NCBI GenBank assembly: GCA_029565685.1
Contig: JAKQNR010000001.1
Location: 5,710-69,709, forward strand
Source: a bacterium
Lineage (GTDB): Bacteria > Zhuqueibacterota > Zhuqueibacteria > Residuimicrobiales > Residuimicrobiaceae
Direction of reading: 5' to 3'
Length of the DNA: 64,000 nt
In this document: piece by piece, positions 49,017 to 58,955 of the stretch
How the letters are laid out: each line of letters begins with the position of its first letter
Numbering within the stretch: position 1 is the first letter of the stretch
Notes under the pieces: generated by a model
The model's database searches: none
What the model saw: the letters and a program-made list of their open reading frames with translations, nothing else
What the model was told of the DNA's origin: nothing
Made by a program: the position numbers and the translations under genes

Positions 49017-49191
49017 TCTTTTTTTCGACTTTTTTAAAAATGAGTGCTTTTGATCGCCTCAATTTAACACAATAAAAAACTATATCAAAGAGGCAATTTC
49101 TCTCACACCCTATCACCTGCCCCCTGTCTTTTCTCGCCAGATCAGCGAAGGACAGGTGCAGTGCAGTAATGCGACCGCGGAGGGTTTTGCT

Positions 49192-49938
49192 ATGAAGTGC
49201 GTTTGCACCCTATTGTTCGGCATCCTCATCAGCTTCTGCGACCAATCCCTCAGTCAGGCCGTCGCTCCACCGGCTCAACCGCAGAAAGGCTTTTTGATAG
49301 ACTCCAATCCGCAGGGCGCCACGGTCTATATCGAAAGCGAAGTCATAGGCAAAACTCCATGTCAATTCGGTTTTGATCTCTCCGGCGAATACCGTATGTG
49401 GGCTTTTAAAAAGGGTTATCAAAACTGGTCCTACACCATTGATTTCAACGAAAAGTCCATCAAGAGCATCTATTTCTACCTGGCGCCGAAAACGCGGAGC
49501 AAGGCCTTCTGGCGCTCCTTCATCGTGCCCGGCTGGGGGCAGCATTACAGCGATCGCTTCATGCAGAGCAAGCTGATCCTGGTGCTGCAGCTATGCTCCC
49601 TGGCTACTCTGGGCTTTGCGGAAAAATATTATCGTGATCAGTCGCACGCTTTCGACTCCCGCAAAGCGGAGTATGAGCTGGCGCAGAAATCCGTCGTTCT
49701 TGAGCCTAAAGCCTGGCAATCGTTGTCCAGCGCGCACCAAAGCGTTAAAGACGCTGAACAGGTGAGATTGATCTGCGTCGGCGCGGCGGTGGGCATCTAT
49801 CTCTTTAACCTCTTTGATGCGGCCGCGCACTTTCCCAAGAATTTTCGCCAGATCGAGTTTATGCCCGCGGTCACCTCAGCGGCAAAAGTAACCGATATGG
49901 GAGTAAGGATCAATGTCAACATGCCTTTGGCCAAATAG
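49192..49938 (+). CDS. PEGA-domain protein with a C-terminal membrane region (DUF5683-like IPGWGQ motif)
   Basis: It has a signal/TM N-terminus, a PEGA-like GATVYIESEVIGKTP and SFIVPGWGQHYSD. The start was chosen at the ATG preceded by GGAGGG. The ORF track's longer start is 49156. Confidence 0.6.
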   Translation: MKCVCTLLFGILISFCDQSLSQAVAPPAQPQKGFLIDSNPQGATVYIESEVIGKTPCQFGFDLSGEYRMWAFKKGYQNWSYTIDFNEKSIKSIYFYLAPKTRSKAFWRSFIVPGWGQHYSDRFMQSKLILVLQLCSLATLGFAEKYYRDQSHAFDSRKAEYELAQKSVVLEPKAWQSLSSAHQSVKDAEQVRLICVGAAVGIYLFNLFDAAAHFPKNFRQIEFMPAVTSAAKVTDMGVRINVNMPLAK

Positions 49939-49951
49939 CAGGAGAGCGCTC

Positions 49952-51805
49952 ATGGTGAAAAAAATGTTCGTCGCCCTGCTGACGATGGGAACCGGCCTGG
50001 GCGTGTTCCGTTGCGAAAAACTGCCTGAAGCGCCTGAACGGCTGGACTATTCGCTTTATCCGCCGGCGCCGGTCAATCTTTCCGTCTCCAACGGCGATCG
50101 CCGTCTGCGACTGACGTGGGAGAAAATCACCACCCCGGAAATCAGCCAATACTACATCTATCGGTCGGATTCCGTGTCGCAGACCTTGCGAAGGTTGGAC
50201 TCCACCCAGACGACGGAATATTTAGATCGTACGGTGCACAACGGCCGCGCCTACGAGTATCAAGTTTCTGCGCGCAGCCAGGCGGGCTATGAAGGGCCGC
50301 TGTCAGACGCCCTGTCCGCCAAAGCGGGCTTTTACAGCTTTACCATCAACTCTGGCGCCACGCACACCGCCTCACGGACGGTCACGCTCTCCTTTGTCGC
50401 TCCGACCGGCACGCTGTACAGCATGATCAGCCATGATTCGACCTTTATGAACGCCAATTGGGAATCCTACTCGGCGGAAAAAAACTGGGAGTTGATTCCA
50501 GGGGATGGGGTCAAAAAAGTCTACGTTCGATTCCGCGGGGGAGACGACAGCCTCCTGGACGGCGTATTATCCGATCAAATCATCCTCGACACCCAAGCCC
50601 AGATTCAGGAGGTGTTGTTCAACTCTGAAGATCAGCCGCTGCAGGCCGGCGACACCCTGAGGATTCGAGTGCGGACGTCGGAGCCCATGGGAGCAGTGAC
50701 TGTGGACCTCGGGGATCGTCTTTCCGCGCTGGCCCTGTACGATGACGGCACGCACGGAGATCTATCGCCCGGCGACGGGCTTTACTCATTGGACTGGCCC
50801 ATTCCGCAGCAATTTGAGATCATCCAGGGCAGCCTGACCGCCCGGTTCACTGATGCGATGGGAAACGCTGCGCGTGATATCAGCGCAGAAACATTTTTGA
50901 TCATCAAAAATGCGCCTCAGGCTGTCTATCTGCTGGATCCGGTTCCCTATGCCACGGACTTTGACCGTCTTTTTCTGTCCTGGACCTCTTACAAAGGCGC
51001 CGGCTTTATCAATTACAAGGTCTATCGTCATACCTCCCAGCGGGTGGATTCCAGCAGCACCCTGGTGGGCATCGTTTCCAGCGCCTCCACCACAAGTCTG
51101 TTGGACAGCACCCTGACATCCAACACCACCTATTATTATCGCGTATACGTCACCGACGCCCTGGGCTTTTCTTCCGGCAGCAACATAGTCGCCGGCAAGA
51201 CGTCACCCGACCTGCCCCCCACGCCCGTCCATTGCGATGTCTCGTATCTGCAAAGCCAGCAATCCGTTTTGCTCAACTGGACCAAGAACACAGACAGGGA
51301 TTTCGGCAACTACCGGATCTTCCGCTCTGAAGCCAGCGATGTGAACCTCTCCTCCCCTCTGTTGAGCGTGATCTCCAGCCGTGACCAGATCACCTTTCAA
51401 GACGGCACGTTGGCGGACAAGACCACGTACCGCTACGTCGTCTACACCTTTGACGTCAGCGGCCAATCGAGCCGCAGCAACGTCGTGACCATCACCACTT
51501 CTACCCTGGCGCCGCCCAAACCGGTGATCCTGGCTGCGCCGGCCTCGTACATCTCCGGGGCGCTGCGCCTGTCCTGGACCAGCAGCACGGATTCGCACTT
51601 TCAATCTTATCGGCTGTTTCGTTCCAAAACCTCGCGAGTGGATTCGACCGTAACGCCAACGGCTGTGCTGAACGCCGCCTCGGTCACCTCTTATGACGAT
51701 ATGGGTTTGGAAGCCAATACGACCTATTTTTATCGCATCTTTGTCTATGATGTATTTGGACATTGTTCGGGAAGTAATACGGTGACCGGGAAGACTCTAC
51801 CGTAA
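49952..51805 (+). CDS. Fibronectin type III repeat protein (at least four Fn3-like modules)
   Basis: It has the recurrent patterns L-[ST]-W-x(8-12)-Y-[RK]-[IVL]-[FY]-R (LTWEKITTPEISQYYIYRS, LSWTSYKGAGFINYKVYRH, LNWTKNTDRDFGNYRIFRS, LSWTSSTDSHFQSYRLFRS) and an N-terminal signal peptide. The start at 49952 follows an AGGAGA RBS. Confidence 0.7.
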   Translation: MVKKMFVALLTMGTGLGVFRCEKLPEAPERLDYSLYPPAPVNLSVSNGDRRLRLTWEKITTPEISQYYIYRSDSVSQTLRRLDSTQTTEYLDRTVHNGRAYEYQVSARSQAGYEGPLSDALSAKAGFYSFTINSGATHTASRTVTLSFVAPTGTLYSMISHDSTFMNANWESYSAEKNWELIPGDGVKKVYVRFRGGDDSLLDGVLSDQIILDTQAQIQEVLFNSEDQPLQAGDTLRIRVRTSEPMGAVTVDLGDRLSALALYDDGTHGDLSPGDGLYSLDWPIPQQFEIIQGSLTARFTDAMGNAARDISAETFLIIKNAPQAVYLLDPVPYATDFDRLFLSWTSYKGAGFINYKVYRHTSQRVDSSSTLVGIVSSASTTSLLDSTLTSNTTYYYRVYVTDALGFSSGSNIVAGKTSPDLPPTPVHCDVSYLQSQQSVLLNWTKNTDRDFGNYRIFRSEASDVNLSSPLLSVISSRDQITFQDGTLADKTTYRYVVYTFDVSGQSSRSNVVTITTSTLAPPKPVILAAPASYISGALRLSWTSSTDSHFQSYRLFRSKTSRVDSTVTPTAVLNAASVTSYDDMGLEANTTYFYRIFVYDVFGHCSGSNTVTGKTLP

Positions 51806-51818
51806 CCCTGGCTGATTC

Positions 51819-52790
51819 ATGCATCGAGGAGGTTTTGTGATTTATCGGATACTCATCGGACTGGCGACGCTGCTCTGCTCCGGACTCTTTAGCCCAACTC
51901 CCGCCGCCCAGGACTATATGATCGGCAGCGGAGATGTCATTTCTGTTTCGTTCTGGCAGGATGCAGAGCTGAATCTTCAAGCGACCATCGGAGAGGACGG
52001 CACGCTGCAGCTGCCGGTGGGAGGAACAATCCGCGCCGCTGGGCTGACGGTCGATCAATTGGCGGCTGCGATCGTCGAGAGAATTTCGCTGTACAATCAA
52101 CGGATCACGCACGCGACCGTTAAAATCGTCGAATACGGCAGCCGCACCGTTTACCTCATGGGCAGCATCCGCAATCCCGGCAAATTCAGCTTTGAAAGCA
52201 TCCCCAACCTATGGCAGATCATCTCTGAAGCCGGTGGACCGCTGGATAACGCCAATTTGAGCAATGTCATCATCATCCGCGGCGGAAGGCAGGGCGAACC
52301 GCAGACCACGCAGGTGGATCTGGCGAGCATTTTGCGCAACCAAACGTTCGACCAACTGCCGGTGATCGAACCCGGCGACAACATCTATGTGCCGGCCGTC
52401 GTAGGCAATGTGCCCAACTCAGGCATGGAATCCATCCAAGCCCAACAGAACGTCCTATTCATTTACGGGGAGGTGCTTCACCCCGGCGTCATCTCGTTCA
52501 ACAAGGAGCTCAACATCCTGGAAGCGCTGGTGACTGCCGGCGGTCCAAGCGCTCAGGCCAAATTGGACGAAGTGCGCGTCATCCGTAAAAAAGGTGCGGT
52601 TTCGCATGTGACCCAGGTCAACGTCGCCCGCTATGCCGAAGAAGGCTCTCCGTCCTTCTTCATCGTGCAAGGCGGCGACACCATCTTTGTGCCGAGAAAA
52701 AAGATCATTCGCGAGAGCGTGGTGTGGGATTTCTTTATGATCTTCACCGGCACGGCGCTCACCGCCTTTGTGTACACGTTAATTAGATAA
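51819..52790 (+). CDS. wza: Polysaccharide export protein Wza/EpsA-like (Poly_export + SLBB)
   Basis: 323 aa with GSGDVISVSFWQD...LQLPVGGTIRAAGLTVDQL and two SLBB-like segments (VYLMGSIRNPGKF, IYGEVLHPGVISF). Confidence 0.85.
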   Translation: MHRGGFVIYRILIGLATLLCSGLFSPTPAAQDYMIGSGDVISVSFWQDAELNLQATIGEDGTLQLPVGGTIRAAGLTVDQLAAAIVERISLYNQRITHATVKIVEYGSRTVYLMGSIRNPGKFSFESIPNLWQIISEAGGPLDNANLSNVIIIRGGRQGEPQTTQVDLASILRNQTFDQLPVIEPGDNIYVPAVVGNVPNSGMESIQAQQNVLFIYGEVLHPGVISFNKELNILEALVTAGGPSAQAKLDEVRVIRKKGAVSHVTQVNVARYAEEGSPSFFIVQGGDTIFVPRKKIIRESVVWDFFMIFTGTALTAFVYTLIR

Positions 52791-52811
52791 GGTGTTGCGC
52801 TCCCATCATCC

Positions 52812-54341
52812 ATGATGCTAGAAAGGAATCGATCCATGGTGGTTCCAACCGCCTCGTTCAGCTGGCAGAACATCTGGCGCAGTCTGATGCGGCACAAACT
52901 GATCATCTTTTGTGTGATCACCGCCTGCCTGATCACCGGTCTTCTCATCGCTCTGTTGACGCCGGAGAAATACGAGTCGATGGCCACGGTCATGATCCAG
53001 GAGACCGATCTGTTATCCGGATCGCAACTGCGTTTCGTCCCCAATTATCCGCAACGCGAAGAGCTGGAGATGCTGCGCCGGCGGATTTCGAGTCACGAAT
53101 TTTTAATCAAGCTGGTGGACAGTCTCTCCATTAAAAACAACCCGAAACTGATCGCACTGATCCAACAGACGCGGTACGAGCATCCCGGCATCGACCCTCG
53201 GATCATCGCCGAACAAAAGTATGTGGAACATTTACGCAGACTGATCAGCGCACGGTTGGTGAGCTACAACATGATCGAGATCAAAGCCAGCGGCCCCACG
53301 GCCCATGAGGCCTATGTTCTGGCAAGAGCGATGACGAAAATGGCCATCGAGGAGTCCAAGGAAAATCAGGAAAAAACGATCTCCGCGGCCAGCAGCTTCA
53401 GCACGCAGCAGATGGAACTCTATAAGAAAAAATTGACAGAAGCGGAAAACCGCCTGTTCGCGTTCAACCGGGGCGTGGTCGACGCCCAACTGGGGCAGAG
53501 CGAACTCGCTCCGGAAAAAATTCAAGAGCTGGAAGCGGTGCTGCTGTCCAACAACATCGAGCTGCAAACGAAACAATCCCAGTTGGAGGAAATGAGCGAC
53601 ATCCTGCGGCGCATTCCTGCAGAGCGTCGTCGTGAGATGGACAGAGTGCGAGCGGACATCAAACGTCAATTGCTCAGCCGCAACCAGGATCTGAACCAGC
53701 TTTTAAAAAAATTCACCTGGCGAGACGTGGAAATCATCCAGTTGAACGAACAGATCGCCATGCTCAAGGACAAGTACAAAGAGCAAACCCGGTCGCTGCT
53801 CGCCGGCGTGTTCAGCGGTGGGGAGAGCCGGCAATTGGAGGATGCCGTTCGTGCAGAGTATCTGGAACTGGAACTGCAGTTGATCCGCGAAAATCGTTCC
53901 ATGCTGTCGGCCATCATCCATGAGCATCAATCCACGCTGCGGGAGGCGCCATCCAAAGACGTTATGAGAGAACGATTGGAGCGCGAGGTGCGGATCAACC
54001 GGGAGATCTATGACCTCATGGCCCAGCAACTGCGCGGCACTCAAATCCGCGAATCAGCGCAGATCAGCGAGGCCCAGCTGAAATACAAGGTGATCACTCC
54101 ACCGATGCAGCCGCTGGAACGCGTCCGCCCCATCCGCAGCCGCATCATGTTGATCGCCGGCTTTCTCGGGCTGGCGTTGTCCATAGCCGCGGTGTTCGGC
54201 CTGGAGACTCTGGATGCCTCCATTCGCCGAGTGGAGGATGTGCCCAAATTTCTCGGGGTGCCTGTGCTGGCCACTATTCCCAGGATCACCCCGCCGACCA
54301 AAAGAACTGAAAAGATGCGTGCACGGCTGCTGAAAGAGTAA
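52812..54341 (+). CDS. Polysaccharide chain-length determinant (PCP, Wzz/GumC-like, without a kinase domain)
   Basis: 509 aa with an N-terminal TM, a long coiled-coil periplasmic region and a second TM (IMLIAGFLGLALSIAAVFG) near the C-terminus. Confidence 0.8.
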   Translation: MMLERNRSMVVPTASFSWQNIWRSLMRHKLIIFCVITACLITGLLIALLTPEKYESMATVMIQETDLLSGSQLRFVPNYPQREELEMLRRRISSHEFLIKLVDSLSIKNNPKLIALIQQTRYEHPGIDPRIIAEQKYVEHLRRLISARLVSYNMIEIKASGPTAHEAYVLARAMTKMAIEESKENQEKTISAASSFSTQQMELYKKKLTEAENRLFAFNRGVVDAQLGQSELAPEKIQELEAVLLSNNIELQTKQSQLEEMSDILRRIPAERRREMDRVRADIKRQLLSRNQDLNQLLKKFTWRDVEIIQLNEQIAMLKDKYKEQTRSLLAGVFSGGESRQLEDAVRAEYLELELQLIRENRSMLSAIIHEHQSTLREAPSKDVMRERLEREVRINREIYDLMAQQLRGTQIRESAQISEAQLKYKVITPPMQPLERVRPIRSRIMLIAGFLGLALSIAAVFGLETLDASIRRVEDVPKFLGVPVLATIPRITPPTKRTEKMRARLLKE

Positions 54342-54401
54342 ATCCGTTCAAAAGGTGGGCCTGCCATTCGCACGGCCGGAATCGGAGAGAAGGATCCCTC
54401 T

Positions 54402-55118
54402 ATGAAACATGATGTAAAAAGTATCGCTGCCAGTACCTTTACAGAACATTCCGCCTATTTCGCTGACTTTTATCGTCTTTTTCATCGCATCACCCGGATC
54501 AACAACGGCCAGTTCGGCAAAGTGGTTTATGTGACCAGCGCCACCGCCGGGGAGGGCAAAACCACGGTGGCCTCCTTTCTATCCATCACCGCCTCCCTGT
54601 CTTCGCACAATTTTTATCTGCTCATCGACGGCGACGTCCATCGGCCCACGATTCACGAACGGTTCAACTGCACGCGCGAGAACGGATTGAGCGAACTGCT
54701 GCTGGGGGAAGGCGAACCCGGAGACATCATCTATAAATCCTCTTTTCGCGGTCTGCATGTCATCACCGCCGGCAAATCCGTGCCCAATCCGTTTCAGCTT
54801 TTTTCCGTGGAGCGCACGCGTGAGCTTCTTTCTGAAATGCGAAGATATTATGAAATCATAGTCATCGATGGTCCGCCGCTGCTGCCGGTCAGCGATTCTT
54901 TGAAATTGGCTCAGGTGGCCGACGGAACCATTCTGGTGGTCAAAGCAGGGCAAACGCCGCGCGAGGTGGCGGCCCACGCGGTCGCCATTCTCAAAGAGGC
55001 TGATCTGCCGCTCTGGGGGGTCGTGCTCAACGACACCGGCGAGGTGCTGCCCTATTATTATCAGCCTAAATATTACGACGACCGCCACTACCAGAAGGCC
55101 AAGGAAGAGGTCCAATAA
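54402..55118 (+). CDS. Cytoplasmic BY-kinase (CpsD/CapB-type tyrosine-protein kinase partner of the PCP)
   Basis: 238 aa with Walker A YVTSATAGEGKTTVASFLS, Walker A' LLIDGDVHRP, Walker B IIVIDGPPLLPVSD and a Tyr-rich tail LPYYYQPKYYDDRHY. Confidence 0.85.
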   Translation: MKHDVKSIAASTFTEHSAYFADFYRLFHRITRINNGQFGKVVYVTSATAGEGKTTVASFLSITASLSSHNFYLLIDGDVHRPTIHERFNCTRENGLSELLLGEGEPGDIIYKSSFRGLHVITAGKSVPNPFQLFSVERTRELLSEMRRYYEIIVIDGPPLLPVSDSLKLAQVADGTILVVKAGQTPREVAAHAVAILKEADLPLWGVVLNDTGEVLPYYYQPKYYDDRHYQKAKEEVQ

Positions 55119-55120
55119 TC

Positions 55121-56344
55121 ATGCCGTCGCCCAAGCCTATACTGCCGCAGGTCCCGGCGCAGACCTATATTCCTTATCATGTGCCGTCCATCGGCGAGGA
55201 AGAGATCGCCGAAGTCGTGGACACCCTTAAATCGGGCTGGCTGACCACAGGTCCTAAAACCGCCCGTTTTGAAAAAGAGATGGCCGCTTTCGTGGGCGCC
55301 CCCTGCACAGTGGCGGTCAACTCGTGCACGGCGGGACTGCATCTCGCGCTAGCGGCCGCAGACCTGCGCCCCGGCGACGAGGTGATCACCAGCCCCTACA
55401 CCTTTGCGGCCACGGCGGAGGTGATCATCGCCTGCGGCGGACGTCCGGTTTTTATCGACGTTGAAGCGAATGGCTTTAATTTGGATCCAGCTAAAATCGA
55501 GCGGGCGGTGACCCGGCGCAGCCGGGCGATTATGCCGGTGCATTTCGCCGGCGAACCCTGCCGGATGGACGAGATCAAGGAAGCGGCGCAGCGCCACTCT
55601 CTCAGGATTATCGAGGACGCCGCCCATGCGCTCGGCGCCTCCTATCATGGACACAAGGTCGGCACGCTTTCAGAGACGACGGTTTTCAGTTTTTATGCCA
55701 CCAAAAACCTGACAACCGGCGAAGGGGGAATGGTCTGTACGCTGGATGCAGAGCTGGCGGCGAAGATAAAAAGATTAAGCCTGCATGGTTTGTCGCGCAA
55801 CGCCTGGAATCGATATGCCAGGGGCGGCAGCTGGTATTACGAGATCAAGGAAGCGGGTTTTAAATACAACTTTACCGATCTTCAGGCCAGCCTGGGGCTG
55901 CATCAGTTGATCAAGTTTCCCGCTATGCAGCAACGACGTCGTCGGCTGGCCGCCCTGTATCGCTCCCTGCTGCAAGAGGTCGACGAGCTGCAGATGCCCC
56001 CGGATCCGGTGGGCGTGGAGCACGCGTGGCATCTTTTTGTCATCCGTCTGCGGCCGGGCCGGCTGAAAATAGACCGAGATCGATTCATCGAAGCGCTGCA
56101 TGAACACGGCATCGGCACCAGCGTCCATTTCATCCCCTTGCACTTGCATCCGTATTACCGGGACAGGTATGGATTTCGGCGCGGTGATTTTCCCAACGCC
56201 GAAGCAGCCTATGACGGCGCGATCTCTTTGCCGCTCTACCCTCAATTGGAGGAGGAAAAAGTAAAAGAGATCGCCAGCGCGGTCAGAAACCTGATTCAAA
56301 AAAATAAAAAATCCGTTCACACATTTATCAAAGAAGAGCTATGA
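55121..56344 (+). CDS. DegT/DnrJ/EryC1/StrS-family nucleotide-sugar aminotransferase (PglE/WecE-like)
   Basis: 407 aa with the PLP-dependent fold, the Lys region FSFYATKNLTTGEGG and a family-typical N-terminus. Confidence 0.9.
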   Translation: MPSPKPILPQVPAQTYIPYHVPSIGEEEIAEVVDTLKSGWLTTGPKTARFEKEMAAFVGAPCTVAVNSCTAGLHLALAAADLRPGDEVITSPYTFAATAEVIIACGGRPVFIDVEANGFNLDPAKIERAVTRRSRAIMPVHFAGEPCRMDEIKEAAQRHSLRIIEDAAHALGASYHGHKVGTLSETTVFSFYATKNLTTGEGGMVCTLDAELAAKIKRLSLHGLSRNAWNRYARGGSWYYEIKEAGFKYNFTDLQASLGLHQLIKFPAMQQRRRRLAALYRSLLQEVDELQMPPDPVGVEHAWHLFVIRLRPGRLKIDRDRFIEALHEHGIGTSVHFIPLHLHPYYRDRYGFRRGDFPNAEAAYDGAISLPLYPQLEEEKVKEIASAVRNLIQKNKKSVHTFIKEEL

Positions 56345-58941
56345 TCAAACGAGCGTTCGACCTCATCCTATCCATCGCTGCGAGCATTGTGACGCTTCCG
56401 CTCTGGTTGTTCATCGCTGTGGGGGTTAAGCTCAGCTCAGCCGGCCCGATTCTGTTCAAACAACAACGCGTCGGTCGTTTCGGCAAACCGTTCACCCTGT
56501 ACAAATTCCGCAGTATGCGCGCTAATTCCGTTCAACCGGGGCCGTGCATCAGCACCAGCAACGATCCAAGAATCACCCGGTTGGGCCATTATTTGCGCGC
56601 CAGCAAAATGGATGAATTGCCGCAGCTGATCAATGTGATCAAGGGGGACATGAGTCTGGTGGGACCTCGTCCAGAGGTGCCCGAGATCGTCAAGCTGTAC
56701 ACGTCGGAGCAGGCCAAGGTGTTGAGCGTGCGGCCCGGGCTGGTGGGTCCTGCGCAGATCATCGGCCGCAGCGAATCGAGCATGTTCCCCAAAGACGTCA
56801 AAGATCCCGTGGCCTATTACGTCCAACATATTCTGCCGGACAAGTTGGTAATCGATCTGGAATATTCCAAGAAGGCGCGGCTGTCCAGCGACATCAAACT
56901 GCTCTTCCGCGGCGTCTATGCCACCCTCGCCGGCACACTGCATCCATCGCAGCTTAAGAATGCCAGCTGTTGGCCCTATCTGTTTTATGCCGACCTCTTG
57001 CTGGCGCTGGCGGCTTATTTTCTCGCCTATCAGCTTCGTTTTGAGGGCAGGATACCGGCCTATGAGCTCGCCATTTTTTGGCGTACGCTGCCTATCGTTT
57101 TTGTGCTGCGCTTGGTCGGCTTTATCTATTTCAAGCTGTATCGAACATATTATAAATACCTCTCTCTGCATGATCTCATCCGCATGGTGCTGAGTTGCAG
57201 CGCCAGCTCTCTGGCCATCGTCTTGGTGGTGTTTTTCGCCGGCCAACGCATGCACTCCCGTTCGATTTTCATCATCGATTGGGTACTGCTGGTCGGCTTG
57301 ATGGGCGGGCTGCGGATCCTTTTGCGCTTGTGGCTGGAAAAACCCGAGGCCACCAGCTATAAGCCCAAAACCAACGTACTGATCATCGGCGCCGGCGATC
57401 TGGGGGAAACCCTGGCGCGGGATTTTTTCAAGAACGCCTCCAACTATCAGGTGGTGGGCTTTATCGATGACAATCCGGCGAAAATCGGCACCACCATTCA
57501 CGGCGTTCGGGTCCATGGCAACCGCCAGAGCATACCGATCATCGCTAAAACCCTTCGAGCCGACGAAGCGCTGATCGCGATCAACAACATCAGCCCCGAA
57601 AACATGGAATCCATCCTCGATATCTGCCAGAGGGCGAACCTCCGCCATCGGGTGGTGCCGGCGATGAGCGACCTGGTGAATGGAAAAATCCGGCTCTCGC
57701 ATTTCCGCAAAGTGGAGGTGGCCGATCTGCTCGGTCGCACACCGCTGAAAATCGACTTTAGCGCCATCGAAAAGGCGGTGAAAAACAAACGCATTCTGAT
57801 CACCGGCGCAGGGGGCTCCATCGGTTCGGAGCTGACGCGGCAGGTGGCGGGCTACCATCCGGAAAAACTGATTCTCCTCGATCGCAGCGAGAACTATTTG
57901 TTCGAACTGCAGGAAGATTTCAAAATGGGCGACGTTCTGCCGACGATGCCGATCGAATACATCATCGCCGACATCACCAATGCGGAAAAGATGGAACGCA
58001 TCTTCAGGCTGGAGAGACCGGAGGTGATTTTCCACACCGCCGCGCAAAAGCATGTGCCGCTGAGCGAACGGAATCCCGATGAGGCGGTCATCAACAATAT
58101 CATCGGGACCCAGACCATCGCGATGATCGCCGATCAACATCTCTGTCATTCGTTCATCGCCATCTCGACCGATAAAGCGGTGAAACCGAGCAGCGTCATG
58201 GGCGCCACCAAACGGATCGCCGAGCTGTACCTCAAATCCTTTTCCGAATACAGCCACACGCGTTTTATCATCGTTCGCTTCGGCAACGTACTCAACAGCC
58301 ATGGCAGTGTGGTGCCGCTGTTCATGAAGCAGATCGAGAACGGCGGTCCGATCCGGATCACGGACCCCAAAATGGAACGCTTCTTCATGAGCATTCCGGA
58401 GGCGGTCAATCTGGTTCTTCAGGCCATGATCATGGGCCGCAGCGGCGACATCTTTATCCTTAATATGGGCAAATCCGTCAAGATCGAGACCCTGGCGCTC
58501 AACATGATCAAACTGGCGGGCCTTATGCCGCGCGTCGACATAGACATCGAATACACTCAGATGCGACCGGGCGAAAAGTTGTATGAGGAGCTGGTCAGCA
58601 ACCGTGAGACAACGGTTCCCACGGCACACAGCATGATCAGTAAAATCATACAGAACGAGCCGCTGCTCGATTATCCGGAATATCAGAAACAGGTAAACCG
58701 GTTGGCCCGGTTGGCCCGCGGCGGAAGGAACGCCGAACTGTTCAACCTGATCAAACTGCTGGTGCCCGAATTGCCGATCCCGGCGGACCTCCAGCAAACG
58801 GCCGGTACAAGCAAGGGGACAGGCTCCTCACGGAACAACAGCCAGACGGGCAAAATCAAAAAAATGGCGCTCTCCGCGCGCACTTTGGCCATGGCCAAAA
58901 AAGACAAAAACGGCTCAACTAAAAGAGCCATCCACTTTTAA
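56341..58941 (+). CDS. Fusion protein of an N-terminal monotopic phosphoglycosyl transferase (PglC/WecA-independent small PGT, PF02397-like) and a C-terminal PglF/CapD/WbpM-type UDP-GlcNAc 4,6-dehydratase
   Basis: Residues about 1-200 are RAFDLILSIAASIVTLPLWLFIAVGVKL...LFKQQRVGRFGKPFTLYKFRSM...DELPQLINVIKGDMSLVGPRPEVPE. These are followed by a 4-TM region, a Rossmann-like VLIIGAGDLGETLARDF and an epimerase/dehydratase domain ILITGAGGSIGSEL...IFHTAAQKHVPLSE. Confidence 0.85.
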   Translation: MIKRAFDLILSIAASIVTLPLWLFIAVGVKLSSAGPILFKQQRVGRFGKPFTLYKFRSMRANSVQPGPCISTSNDPRITRLGHYLRASKMDELPQLINVIKGDMSLVGPRPEVPEIVKLYTSEQAKVLSVRPGLVGPAQIIGRSESSMFPKDVKDPVAYYVQHILPDKLVIDLEYSKKARLSSDIKLLFRGVYATLAGTLHPSQLKNASCWPYLFYADLLLALAAYFLAYQLRFEGRIPAYELAIFWRTLPIVFVLRLVGFIYFKLYRTYYKYLSLHDLIRMVLSCSASSLAIVLVVFFAGQRMHSRSIFIIDWVLLVGLMGGLRILLRLWLEKPEATSYKPKTNVLIIGAGDLGETLARDFFKNASNYQVVGFIDDNPAKIGTTIHGVRVHGNRQSIPIIAKTLRADEALIAINNISPENMESILDICQRANLRHRVVPAMSDLVNGKIRLSHFRKVEVADLLGRTPLKIDFSAIEKAVKNKRILITGAGGSIGSELTRQVAGYHPEKLILLDRSENYLFELQEDFKMGDVLPTMPIEYIIADITNAEKMERIFRLERPEVIFHTAAQKHVPLSERNPDEAVINNIIGTQTIAMIADQHLCHSFIAISTDKAVKPSSVMGATKRIAELYLKSFSEYSHTRFIIVRFGNVLNSHGSVVPLFMKQIENGGPIRITDPKMERFFMSIPEAVNLVLQAMIMGRSGDIFILNMGKSVKIETLALNMIKLAGLMPRVDIDIEYTQMRPGEKLYEELVSNRETTVPTAHSMISKIIQNEPLLDYPEYQKQVNRLARLARGGRNAELFNLIKLLVPELPIPADLQQTAGTSKGTGSSRNNSQTGKIKKMALSARTLAMAKKDKNGSTKRAIHF

Positions 58942-58955
58942 CTCGAGACATTCGC

